64,000 nt of DNA from a candidate division FCPU426 bacterium (GTDB taxonomy: Bacteria; Oederibacteriota; Muellerivitia; Muellerivitales; Muellerivitaceae), in the NCBI GenBank assembly GCA_963738405.1, contig CAVTWJ010000014.1:32001-96000 (forward strand), read 5' to 3'. The notes beneath the pieces are model-generated. The model did no database searches. It saw only the letters and a list, made by a program, of their open reading frames with translations, and was not told the origin of the DNA. Position numbers and translations under genes: made by a program. Positions 20,355 through 28,063 of the stretch are shown here, one piece after another (position 1 is the first letter of the stretch; the number at the start of each line of letters is the position of its first letter).

Positions 20355-20924
20355 TTATTTCTTTTGGACATCCGCCTCGCTGAAAACTTGTGCCTCAAAG
20401 GCGGACAATTCAGCCTTATCGCGCCAGGAATCCTGCGGCAAGCCCGCCTTCACGCAGGTTTGAGATAAAAAAGTTTCCCGGTCCATGTGGTGCTCCACCG
20501 CCACTTGCGGCAACAAAAGCCCGGACCGGTTGCCCTTGCTGATGATGAGTCCGTGCACCCCGATCTTCACTTTTTCCGGATCGATTTTTTGGGGAATTGT
20601 CAGCACCGAAATCTCGATGCCGAGGGCGGAAAATTCTTCCTGAACCACCGGCGGAAACCTCGGGTCTTGAAAGGCCGCGCTGGTGGCCGCCTCTTGGACC
20701 GCTTCTACCAAGGGCTTGATGGGATAGGGCAAACCGATACAGCCCCGCAAACCATCTTCAGACCAGAGGGTCACAAAAACTCCCCGCTTTTCCCGAAGGA
20801 TGGGAGAAAGGGCATCCACCGGGGGAAGGCGCCTTCCCCTTTGCAAGGTGGTTCGAATGGCGTTTCGGGCCAGTTGCAGAAGAAATTTCTGCTCTTCAAT
20901 GCCCAGAACCTCGGAAGGTTTCAC
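20355..20924 (-). CDS. amrA: AMMECR1 domain protein (AmmeMemoRadiSam protein A)
   Basis: GVFVTL, LRGCIG, DPRF, EISVL, GLLLPQVA, CVKAGL. Confidence 0.93.
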   Translation of the reverse strand: MKPSEVLGIEEQKFLLQLARNAIRTTLQRGRRLPPVDALSPILREKRGVFVTLWSEDGLRGCIGLPYPIKPLVEAVQEAATSAAFQDPRFPPVVQEEFSALGIEISVLTIPQKIDPEKVKIGVHGLIISKGNRSGLLLPQVAVEHHMDRETFLSQTCVKAGLPQDSWRDKAELSAFEAQVFSEADVQKK

Positions 20925-21655
20925 CAGCCGCTCCTAGCAGTATTTTTAATGTTTAATAATTCAGCCGCCTCAAAAATCAAATCACCGACTTTTTTCCTTT
21001 TCAATTCCGTCACAACAAATGGAATAATTTTATGATCTTTTCTTTGAGCTAATCCAACTATGGCTTCACACTTCGTATCGTAATCAGAATCTTTAACTCG
21101 TTTCCATAAGGCTTTTCTTATTCTCGGATTATCTTTTTCATTAAGAGTTCCTATTGAAAACGTGGCCCAATCCCGTATCTTTGCTGTTCTATCGGCAGAT
21201 AACTTGGTAAGCAAATCAAGGGATTTTTGATTTTTATTCGAACCCAAGCCATAAGTGGCAGCCCAACGAACATCAGAATCAGTACTTTCGCTCAATGTTT
21301 TAAGAATAGGAAAACCTTCCTTGATTTCTAAATAACCTAATGCAACAGCAATAGCATTTAGAACTTTATTTGATTTTTCCTTCTTGAAGGTTTCATTAAT
21401 TACCTTAAATCTTTCAACTAAATACTGCCGCTTTTTCACTCCTAATTGACTAAGAATGTCGATTCCGAGGACACGCTCACGCACTGTTTTTCCGAAACAT
21501 AATGCCTTGGCAGATTTGAATACTTCACGACCACCTCTAAAATGAAGCTTGACCACATATTTCCAAGATGCTTTTTCATCTTTTTCTTTCAACGCTAAAT
21601 GGACTAATTGTTTTGTTGAACGTTGATCTTTATATGATTTTTTTCGTCGTGCCAT
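20921..21655 (-). CDS. HEAT-repeat protein, YibA-like; AT-rich
   Basis: LHFRGG, VRWAATYGLG, IRDWATFSIG, EAIVGLAQRKD repeats. Confidence 0.8.
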   Translation of the reverse strand: MARRKKSYKDQRSTKQLVHLALKEKDEKASWKYVVKLHFRGGREVFKSAKALCFGKTVRERVLGIDILSQLGVKKRQYLVERFKVINETFKKEKSNKVLNAIAVALGYLEIKEGFPILKTLSESTDSDVRWAATYGLGSNKNQKSLDLLTKLSADRTAKIRDWATFSIGTLNEKDNPRIRKALWKRVKDSDYDTKCEAIVGLAQRKDHKIIPFVVTELKRKKVGDLIFEAAELLNIKNTARSGW

Positions 21656-21701
21656 TCCTTACCTTCTACCTTGTGTTTGGTGTTGAATATTTTGTTGTCT
21701 T

Positions 21702-22535
21702 TCACCTGCAAAAAGCCACGGACGAATATCCCACCACCCGGTCCATGTCGCCCGTCACATCGCCCGAATTGCGGTAGCAAAGAAGCTCCGCCTTCGCCCC
21801 AAGCTCCTCGGCCCATTTCACCAGGGTCGTAACCGGTTCTTTACCGCAATGGGTGCAATGGTAATCCGAATATCCACTTCCCATGATTTCCTTGTCGGTC
21901 TTTTCTATTTTCTTCTCGTCACCGGTCAAAAGAGCGTCCAGGAACTTGCGGTCCGCCTTTTGGGCTGTGGAGTAATCGGGATAATGTGATAAATCGGACG
22001 AAGCCACAAGGATGAAAGGTTTTTCCTTGGCCAGCCGCTTCAGCCCCTTCAAAAGGGGTTCCACGCAGGCGGTCTTTCCCTGCCCCATGATCACCGGCAC
22101 CACCTTGGCGCCCGGCAAAAAGGTTTGAATGAAGGGGAAATGGACTTCTACTGAATGTTCCTTAACGTAGGCGGGGGGAAAGTCGATCACCTGGTCGTCC
22201 TCTTCCAAAATCCGGCAGGCTTCCTGATCCACTGGCAGTTCCCCCAGCGGGGTCATGACCGCTTCCCCCGAAAAAAGGGCGCATCCTTTAAAGGATAGGT
22301 AGTGGCTTGGGCCTGCCACCACCACGGTAGAAGGATTGAAGGAAGCCAGGGCCCGGTAACCCAATGCCGCTACCGCCCCCGAATAAACGTAACCGGCGTG
22401 GGGCAAAAGAAAACCAATGGGTTCTCCCGGCAATTCCGTGGCTTTCCCCTCTTCCCTAAATCCATCAAGCAATCGTTGAAGAATGGGAGCTTTACCGGGA
22501 TAAAAGGTTCCGGCGACGACCGGTTGAAGTTTCAT
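21702..22535 (-). CDS. amrB: MEMO1 family protein (AmmeMemoRadiSam protein B)
   Basis: VAGTFYP, PHAGYVYSG, GPSH, EHSVEV, SSDLSHY, VVGY. Confidence 0.94.
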   Translation of the reverse strand: MKLQPVVAGTFYPGKAPILQRLLDGFREEGKATELPGEPIGFLLPHAGYVYSGAVAALGYRALASFNPSTVVVAGPSHYLSFKGCALFSGEAVMTPLGELPVDQEACRILEEDDQVIDFPPAYVKEHSVEVHFPFIQTFLPGAKVVPVIMGQGKTACVEPLLKGLKRLAKEKPFILVASSDLSHYPDYSTAQKADRKFLDALLTGDEKKIEKTDKEIMGSGYSDYHCTHCGKEPVTTLVKWAEELGAKAELLCYRNSGDVTGDMDRVVGYSSVAFCR

Positions 22536-22575
22536 GGGGTTATTTTAAGGACTTCTAAAGAAACCTCAAACTCTT

Positions 22576-22666
22576 ACCGCCAAGACACGAAGACACCAAG
22601 AAAACCTTTGGTTTAAAATCCAATTCTTTAGTTTTGCTTCTCTTGGTGACTTGGCGTCTTGGTGGT
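22576..22666. repeat. Hairpin element with arms made of CACCAAGA-like 8-mers, copy 1
   Basis: 26-bp inverted arms with 4 mismatches; second copy at 32546-32641. Confidence 0.85.
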
Positions 22667-22691
22667 GAAAAATGCTTTTAGGCAGGATTTC

Positions 22692-23267
22692 TCAATGAAC
22701 CTTGGTCATTTTGATGATACGGTCCCGGGTCGAGGGCCAAATGCCATCGGGAAGGACAGACAAGGAACCGGCGGTAAACATGGATGTTTCCAAAGGCACC
22801 CAAGTTTTATGGGCGGCGTAGCTGGGTTTCAGGGGCAGGTCCATGGGAACGGGAAGCTGGTAAACCCGGACCAGAAAGAGGAACACACCCTGCCAGTCCC
22901 CCTCGTTGAACCTTTTTTCGACCGCCTCCTCGCTCATCACGGTAAAAGGGGTTAGGCCCTTGCAGATTTCCCAGTCGGTGACCTTCTCAACCTTGTCCCC
23001 AATGCCCAGCAGGCGGAAATGGATGCGCTTAGGGTCTTTGTTTTCCTTTTCAATGGCGGAAATACGGGGCCGCCAGTCGGATTTGATGCTCTGGGGCGTT
23101 TCGTGCTCAAAGGTTGGAAATAGGAAGAATTCGGGGTGTTCGGGTTTAAATACCCCGTCCTCTTCCACCATGCCGTCTTTTAATAGAAGAAGGGTTTGTT
23201 TCCCCTCTTCAAGGGCCTTCAATACGACGGCCCACTCTTTGAGCGCAACATTATTTTGTAGTTTCAT
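22692..23267 (-). CDS. DUF1802 family protein
   Basis: ALKEWA, GKQTLLL, FFLFPTFEH, WVPL. Confidence 0.85.
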   Translation of the reverse strand: MKLQNNVALKEWAVVLKALEEGKQTLLLLKDGMVEEDGVFKPEHPEFFLFPTFEHETPQSIKSDWRPRISAIEKENKDPKRIHFRLLGIGDKVEKVTDWEICKGLTPFTVMSEEAVEKRFNEGDWQGVFLFLVRVYQLPVPMDLPLKPSYAAHKTWVPLETSMFTAGSLSVLPDGIWPSTRDRIIKMTKVH

Positions 23268-23352
23268 AGGAAATTGATTATGTGGATTTCAACATGAACT
23301 TTCAAGCGGGAAAGGCTTACTGCCTAAACGAAGTAAAGCAAAATCAAGTCTT

Positions 23353-23448
23353 AGCCACAGATTCATAGGATGCACACAGATAGATTGAAGAAAAAGAAGT
23401 TAAATGTCTGTGTTTTTAAAATCCTATGAATCCCATGTATCTGTGGCT
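23353..23448. repeat. Hairpin element with arms made of 9-bp units ending in GAT
   Basis: AGCCACAGAT TCATAGGAT GCACACAGAT ... ATCCTATGA ATCCCATGT ATCTGTGGCT. Confidence 0.75.
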
Positions 23449-23471
23449 CAATGGTTGGTCTTTGTATTTTT

Positions 23472-24341
23472 TTAAGCCAGCGCTAATAGAACAATTCCCA
23501 AAACAACGATCAAAGTCCCGCCAAAAACCTTCGGGCACTGCGAAAGTGGAAGCTCTTTGAACACAAAGAGGGACCAGGCCGCGTAAACCAGCGCGTTTGA
23601 ATTGATGATGGGAACCGCCCGCGCCAGCCCCAGTTGTTCGATGGCCAGAAGAAAAAATATGGTTCCCAGCCCCCACAGGGCCGCAGTGCCTAACCCCAGG
23701 CCCACTTCTTTCAAACCCCACTTCGGCTTCACGGCAAACAAACATATCAGCAATCCCATCAAGGCTCCGCCCAGCATCAAGCCGCTGAAAATATCCATGG
23801 AAGTAAGCGTTGGTTCGGGCCTGAAAATTTGCAGGGCCCTCACCGGGGTGAAATAGGTGCCCCAAAAGACGCTGGCTAAGAGGCTGAAATAAATGCCCTT
23901 TTTCAAGTTGCCTTCTTTAGCGGGCGCGGCCGAGGCCCTCGAAACCCACCAGGCTCCCAGGAAAAGAAAAAAACCGCCCGCGAAGATAAGCGAATAGGCT
24001 TTCAGTCCCGAAGCCTCGTGGAAAAGCGCCAGCCCCAGGGCGATGTTGAAGAAAGAGTTCAAATTAAAAATGACCGCCGCCTTGGCCAAGCTGATCTCGG
24101 CTAAGGACAAGTTGCTGAAGGTTTGTCCCAAGCCCCAAATCAGGCCCGCCCCCACCGAACCCCAAAACCAAAGGGGATGGGCCCAAAGGGCCTTCAGGGA
24201 ATCGATTCTGAAAAGATCCAACGCCAGCATTCCCAAAGCCATAAGGGGAAAAAAGGCCAAGCCTTTGTTATTAGAAAACCGGGCCGGCACCAAGTAACTC
24301 CCGATGCAAAAAAACGCCCCGAGCGCGTAAACATAACCCAT
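23472..24341 (-). CDS. DMT superfamily transporter, GRP (glucose/ribose porter)-like
   Basis: 10-TM two-repeat pattern; GSYLVP, GLIWGLG, LGLARAVPI, FKE. Confidence 0.8.
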   Translation of the reverse strand: MGYVYALGAFFCIGSYLVPARFSNNKGLAFFPLMALGMLALDLFRIDSLKALWAHPLWFWGSVGAGLIWGLGQTFSNLSLAEISLAKAAVIFNLNSFFNIALGLALFHEASGLKAYSLIFAGGFFLFLGAWWVSRASAAPAKEGNLKKGIYFSLLASVFWGTYFTPVRALQIFRPEPTLTSMDIFSGLMLGGALMGLLICLFAVKPKWGLKEVGLGLGTAALWGLGTIFFLLAIEQLGLARAVPIINSNALVYAAWSLFVFKELPLSQCPKVFGGTLIVVLGIVLLALA

Positions 24342-24361
24342 GAAGATGATTCCTTAAGTTT

Positions 24362-25732
24362 TTAAAGATTGTTCGATTGGCCTAAAACCGGCGACAGGGT
24401 AGCAGATACCTTTCGAAGCAGGAAGAAATTCAAAATTCTCATTACCCCCAACAATCCCAACAGGGCTACCGGCGACACCCGGCCATAGAGAAAGGCTCCC
24501 AGAAACCCGGTCCCGGCAATGCCCAGCTTGATGAGGGCAAAGGTGGCCGCCACCACCTTGGCCCTCTCCTTTTCTTCAATGATGTTCATCCAAACCGCCG
24601 CGCTCACCGAGTTGTAAAACACCCCCGCCACGGCACCCAACCCGGCGCTGGCCAGGATGAACAACAAAACGTCTTGCGACCCGGAAACAGAAAGAAACAA
24701 CACACCCAGGGATAACAGCCAAAAGATCTGGTCAAACCCTAATGACTTGATCACCTGCTTCTCCGTCAGATTGGGAATCACGATGAACAAGGCTATGACC
24801 GCCACATAGGCCGACACCTGGGAAAGCACCGAAAGGTACGATTCCCTCATGCCGAGGTAATTGACGTAATAGAGGGAGGAATAAACCGCCCACATGGCGG
24901 TAATCCATTCATCGACAAACTTGGAACAGAAAAATATTTTCGATCCCGATTTACTGAAAAATAATTTCATGGACTGCCGGTACTGGTTCCAACCCTGCGT
25001 CACTGCGGATTTCCAGGTATCGGCTTCTTTCTCGAAAATGAGAGAGGGAGGTAACATCTTCCACCTCAGGTAAATCCCAACCGCGATCACGGCGGTCATA
25101 AACCAGTACATGTCATGGTTGGCGGGCAAGAAACCTCGCTTGGAAACCCAAAAGCCCCCCAAGATCGGAAAGAAGAGAAGAAAGGGCGCCAGGTTGGACA
25201 TCTGCAAAACGGTGTAAACCGAAGGCTTCTTGGAATTCGGAACATTCTCTACCAGCAGGGATTGATAAGGCGGTGTGGAACCCGCGTTCGTGGCCAGAAA
25301 GGCGATGGCCGCCAAGCACCACCACTTGCTGTCGGCTAGGGCCAGGGATAAGCAGTAGCCTCCCCAGCTTAAGATGTCGAAAGCGATTAAAGTTTTTTTG
25401 CGTCCCCACACATCCGAAAGATACCCGCCCATGAAATAACCGATGGGGCTGATGACTTGCAAAAGGGTTTGGTAAACCCCGATCTCGGTTTTGGATAAAC
25501 CCAACTGCACCATGTAAACGCTGGTGTAGGGTTGAACCATGGCGATGGGGATGACCCAAAGAATCCCGGCGTAAATGGTGACGGCCTGCACGGGGGCGAT
25601 GTCGCCAAACATTTGGCCGACTTTTCGGCCTTGTTGGCCTAATAGGTTGATAGGTTTCTTGAGGAGTATTTCATAACCCTCTTCGCCCGCGTCGCGAAGA
25701 GAGGATAAGAAAGATAGGAATGGTTGAAACAT
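24362..25732 (-). CDS. MFS transporter
   Basis: GGYLSDVWGRK motif A; about 12 TM helices. Confidence 0.88.
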   Translation of the reverse strand: MFQPFLSFLSSLRDAGEEGYEILLKKPINLLGQQGRKVGQMFGDIAPVQAVTIYAGILWVIPIAMVQPYTSVYMVQLGLSKTEIGVYQTLLQVISPIGYFMGGYLSDVWGRKKTLIAFDILSWGGYCLSLALADSKWWCLAAIAFLATNAGSTPPYQSLLVENVPNSKKPSVYTVLQMSNLAPFLLFFPILGGFWVSKRGFLPANHDMYWFMTAVIAVGIYLRWKMLPPSLIFEKEADTWKSAVTQGWNQYRQSMKLFFSKSGSKIFFCSKFVDEWITAMWAVYSSLYYVNYLGMRESYLSVLSQVSAYVAVIALFIVIPNLTEKQVIKSLGFDQIFWLLSLGVLFLSVSGSQDVLLFILASAGLGAVAGVFYNSVSAAVWMNIIEEKERAKVVAATFALIKLGIAGTGFLGAFLYGRVSPVALLGLLGVMRILNFFLLRKVSATLSPVLGQSNNL

Positions 25733-25852
25733 GTGGGTCCTGGGTCGAATTGAAAGGGGGCATTTTAGCAGGTTAAGAAAAAACGCAAGCTGGCAAGTGG
25801 TTCGGGAAAGGTCCTAGAAAACGCTTTTATGACATGCGGAGGCTTTAATAAC
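25716..25852. repeat. Direct repeat copy A (MFS start and promoter region)
   Basis: Aligns with 26434-26571, sharing TTGAAAGGGGGCATTTTAGCAGGTT, GAAAAAACGCAAGC and TAGAAAACGCTTTTATGA. Confidence 0.9.
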
Positions 25853-25920
25853 TTTAAAGAACGGCCTTTACGATTCCGCAAAGGATGCCCGGCAGACAAA
25901 ACAAAACCGGAATAATTGAA

Positions 25921-26130
25921 TTATCGATTCCAATCAGATGGATGAATATCGGCCTGACGAAGAATTTAACGGAGGAGGGAAATGCCAATGTCCCTTTGAT
26001 GGGGATTTGGAATGCGGAGTTTCAAAGTGCCTTTGACCATAAACATGTGTTTCCCGCCGCTATAGGGGCCTTCGAAACCTAGGAGGCCCAAACGGCGGAT
26101 CAAATCTCGCTGAGATACGGGTTTAAGCAT
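25921..26130 (-). pseudogene. hicA: HicA-family toxin with an in-frame TAA at codon 55
   Basis: Manual translation MLKPVSQRDLIRRLGLLGFEGPYSGGKHMFMVKGTLKLRIPNPHQRDIGISLLR*ILRQADIHPSDWNR*; GxH motif; overlaps the hicB stop. Confidence 0.85.
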
Positions 26131-26368
26131 GTACCAAATTGGGTAATTTCAAGCGCTTCCCGTGAATCACCGGAAGGCGGTCCCCCTGATGCACCTTTAA
26201 CAAAACCCATTCCTCAAGCACTTCCTGGAGAACCTTTCGGCAGTTCTCAAGCCCTTTTTCGTTAGACCACACACCCTTAAACCCAGGAATTTCCCCGTAG
26301 TAGGTCTTGTCCTCGAGGATTTTGTATTTGGCCTGCCCCATCGCGGTATGAATGTATTCCATGAACAT
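26123..26368 (-). CDS. hicB: HicB-family antitoxin (short form)
   Basis: EYIHTAM..YYGEIPGFKGVWS..LQEVLEEW..GDRLP. Confidence 0.88.
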   Translation of the reverse strand: MFMEYIHTAMGQAKYKILEDKTYYGEIPGFKGVWSNEKGLENCRKVLQEVLEEWVLLKVHQGDRLPVIHGKRLKLPNLVHA

Positions 26369-26433
26369 GTTCGCCCCCTTTACATTGGCAGTATATCAAA
26401 TCCATTTTTAAACAAAGGAATCAAACTTCAAAC

Positions 26434-26571
26434 AGGAATGGTTGGAACATGTTGATCCCGAAGTCGGATTGAAAGGGGGCATTTTAGCAGGTTGGGAAAA
26501 AACGCAAGCCGACAAGTGGTTCAGGGAGTGCTTTAGAAAACGCTTTTATGATGCCAGAGGCTTTTAAAAAC
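26434..26571. repeat. Direct repeat copy B (diverged copy of the MFS start and promoter)
   Basis: Matches copy A; on the minus strand it still encodes MFQPFL. Confidence 0.9.
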
Positions 26572-26680
26572 AATCTGAAACATCTATGTCGATTATCCAC
26601 TACAACTCCCCATCGAGGACAACCTGTGTAAATAAAGCGCAGACTGGATTTCCCTCGCGTCCCTGAAGCAGATGGACTTC

Positions 26681-27886
26681 TCAAGGGTTAATTAGCCTTT
26701 TGTAGTCGTCAGACGAATCAAAATCCTTGAATTGGGTATCCATCTTAATTTCTTGACGATATTTCGGATCAATATCGATTGTTTTTTGGACTTCCTCGAT
26801 CGCTTCTGTATGTTGGCCATTGGCCCAATAAGCCAATGCGAGGTTGTAATGTCCCATGGCATAATCCGGTTTTACTGCTATTGATTTTCCTAGTGTTTGA
26901 ATAGCCTCGTCGTATTTTTTCAACCGAAAGAAGGCATAACCCATCAATTCATAAGCCCTACAATTATTCGCATCCACATCAATGGCCTTTTGATATTCTG
27001 AAATTGCCTTCCCGAATTGTTTCTTTTTAGCTAATTTCTCCCCCGCGAAAAGGGGATTCTCCTTACCCGCTGTGAGTGTCTCATTCAACACTTGTATGCA
27101 AATCCAACCTGACGCGCTGCCCGAGGGGTAAACCATTTTTGCGGTTTTCTTGTCGTCTCCGGCTTGGTTTGTACAAGTGACATAAACCAAGCGACCCCCA
27201 TGAATAACCTTGGTCTCACAATTCGAAGTATCCATTTGATCGTTAGCAAAATCTTCACCCATAGCCAATTGCGCTTCATATTCCGCACTATCTCGGTAAG
27301 GTTGATGACCCCCGCCCATTGGAAACTCGGAATCAAAAGTAATATCATCGACCTTTAATGAGCCATCTTCCTCGTCAAGGGTGATAAAACCATAAAAAAT
27401 CCGGGCGCTAGCACCTGTCGTTTCGGGTGGGGTGCCGCCAAGGAACAACCCTTTGTTCATTGGTTCCTCACCAACAAGAACACTTATCTCAAAAAACACC
27501 CGTTTTCGATTTGGAACTTCATTTGAATCGCCGGTATTATTCGCGGAATAAAGTTGAAGAAGTTTAAAATCCCCTTCATTGCCGAATGACTCAAGGTATT
27601 TCTCTGGTGTAATTTTGGACAAGTAACTCTTCGAAAGATAAGTTACGCTTTTATCTAAATTACCGCTGCCTTCCCCAATCGTACCCATGTTGGTAAACAT
27701 ATTCGAGGTACAGATAAGATCCATGAATTCTTTTGCCATTTTCGTTTCCGGGTTTTGTTCCTCATCCAAGAGGGGAAATGATTCAGTTTGTTTTGCTTCG
27801 AGTAGATGGCTTCTTTTCGCCAAACAAAAACTCGGGCTCAAACAAAAGCCGACAACGCAAATAATCCATAACCAGGATAATTTCAA
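26681..27886 (-). CDS. Secreted protein with C-terminal TPR repeats; AT-rich
   Basis: Signal peptide; TPR patterns AISEYQKAI, AYELMGYAF, GHYNLALAY. Confidence 0.85.
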   Translation of the reverse strand: MKLSWLWIICVVGFCLSPSFCLAKRSHLLEAKQTESFPLLDEEQNPETKMAKEFMDLICTSNMFTNMGTIGEGSGNLDKSVTYLSKSYLSKITPEKYLESFGNEGDFKLLQLYSANNTGDSNEVPNRKRVFFEISVLVGEEPMNKGLFLGGTPPETTGASARIFYGFITLDEEDGSLKVDDITFDSEFPMGGGHQPYRDSAEYEAQLAMGEDFANDQMDTSNCETKVIHGGRLVYVTCTNQAGDDKKTAKMVYPSGSASGWICIQVLNETLTAGKENPLFAGEKLAKKKQFGKAISEYQKAIDVDANNCRAYELMGYAFFRLKKYDEAIQTLGKSIAVKPDYAMGHYNLALAYWANGQHTEAIEEVQKTIDIDPKYRQEIKMDTQFKDFDSSDDYKRLINP

Positions 27887-28063
27887 TTGATCCCTCGATT
27901 TCTCAAAACAGAATTCAAAATATTATTAAGTTTTTCGTTTCAAATTCCCCCATTGGAAGATAGAGCTTTTCTGACAATTTTTTCTGCCCACGTCGGGTCC
28001 CCGTCGAGAACAAAGCTTTATCCCCAATCTCGAAACCATTATCGCACCCGGCAATTGATGCCA

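Noticed and set aside
22576..23448. CRISPR array suggested by short repeats
   Set aside because: Repeats are inverted arms of tandem 8-9-mers with no repeat-spacer periodicity and no cas genes
25966..25968. TAA reassignment or readthrough in hicA
   Set aside because: TAA terminates many conserved genes in the window (for example atpD and the P-II gene); a nonsense mutation or error is simpler
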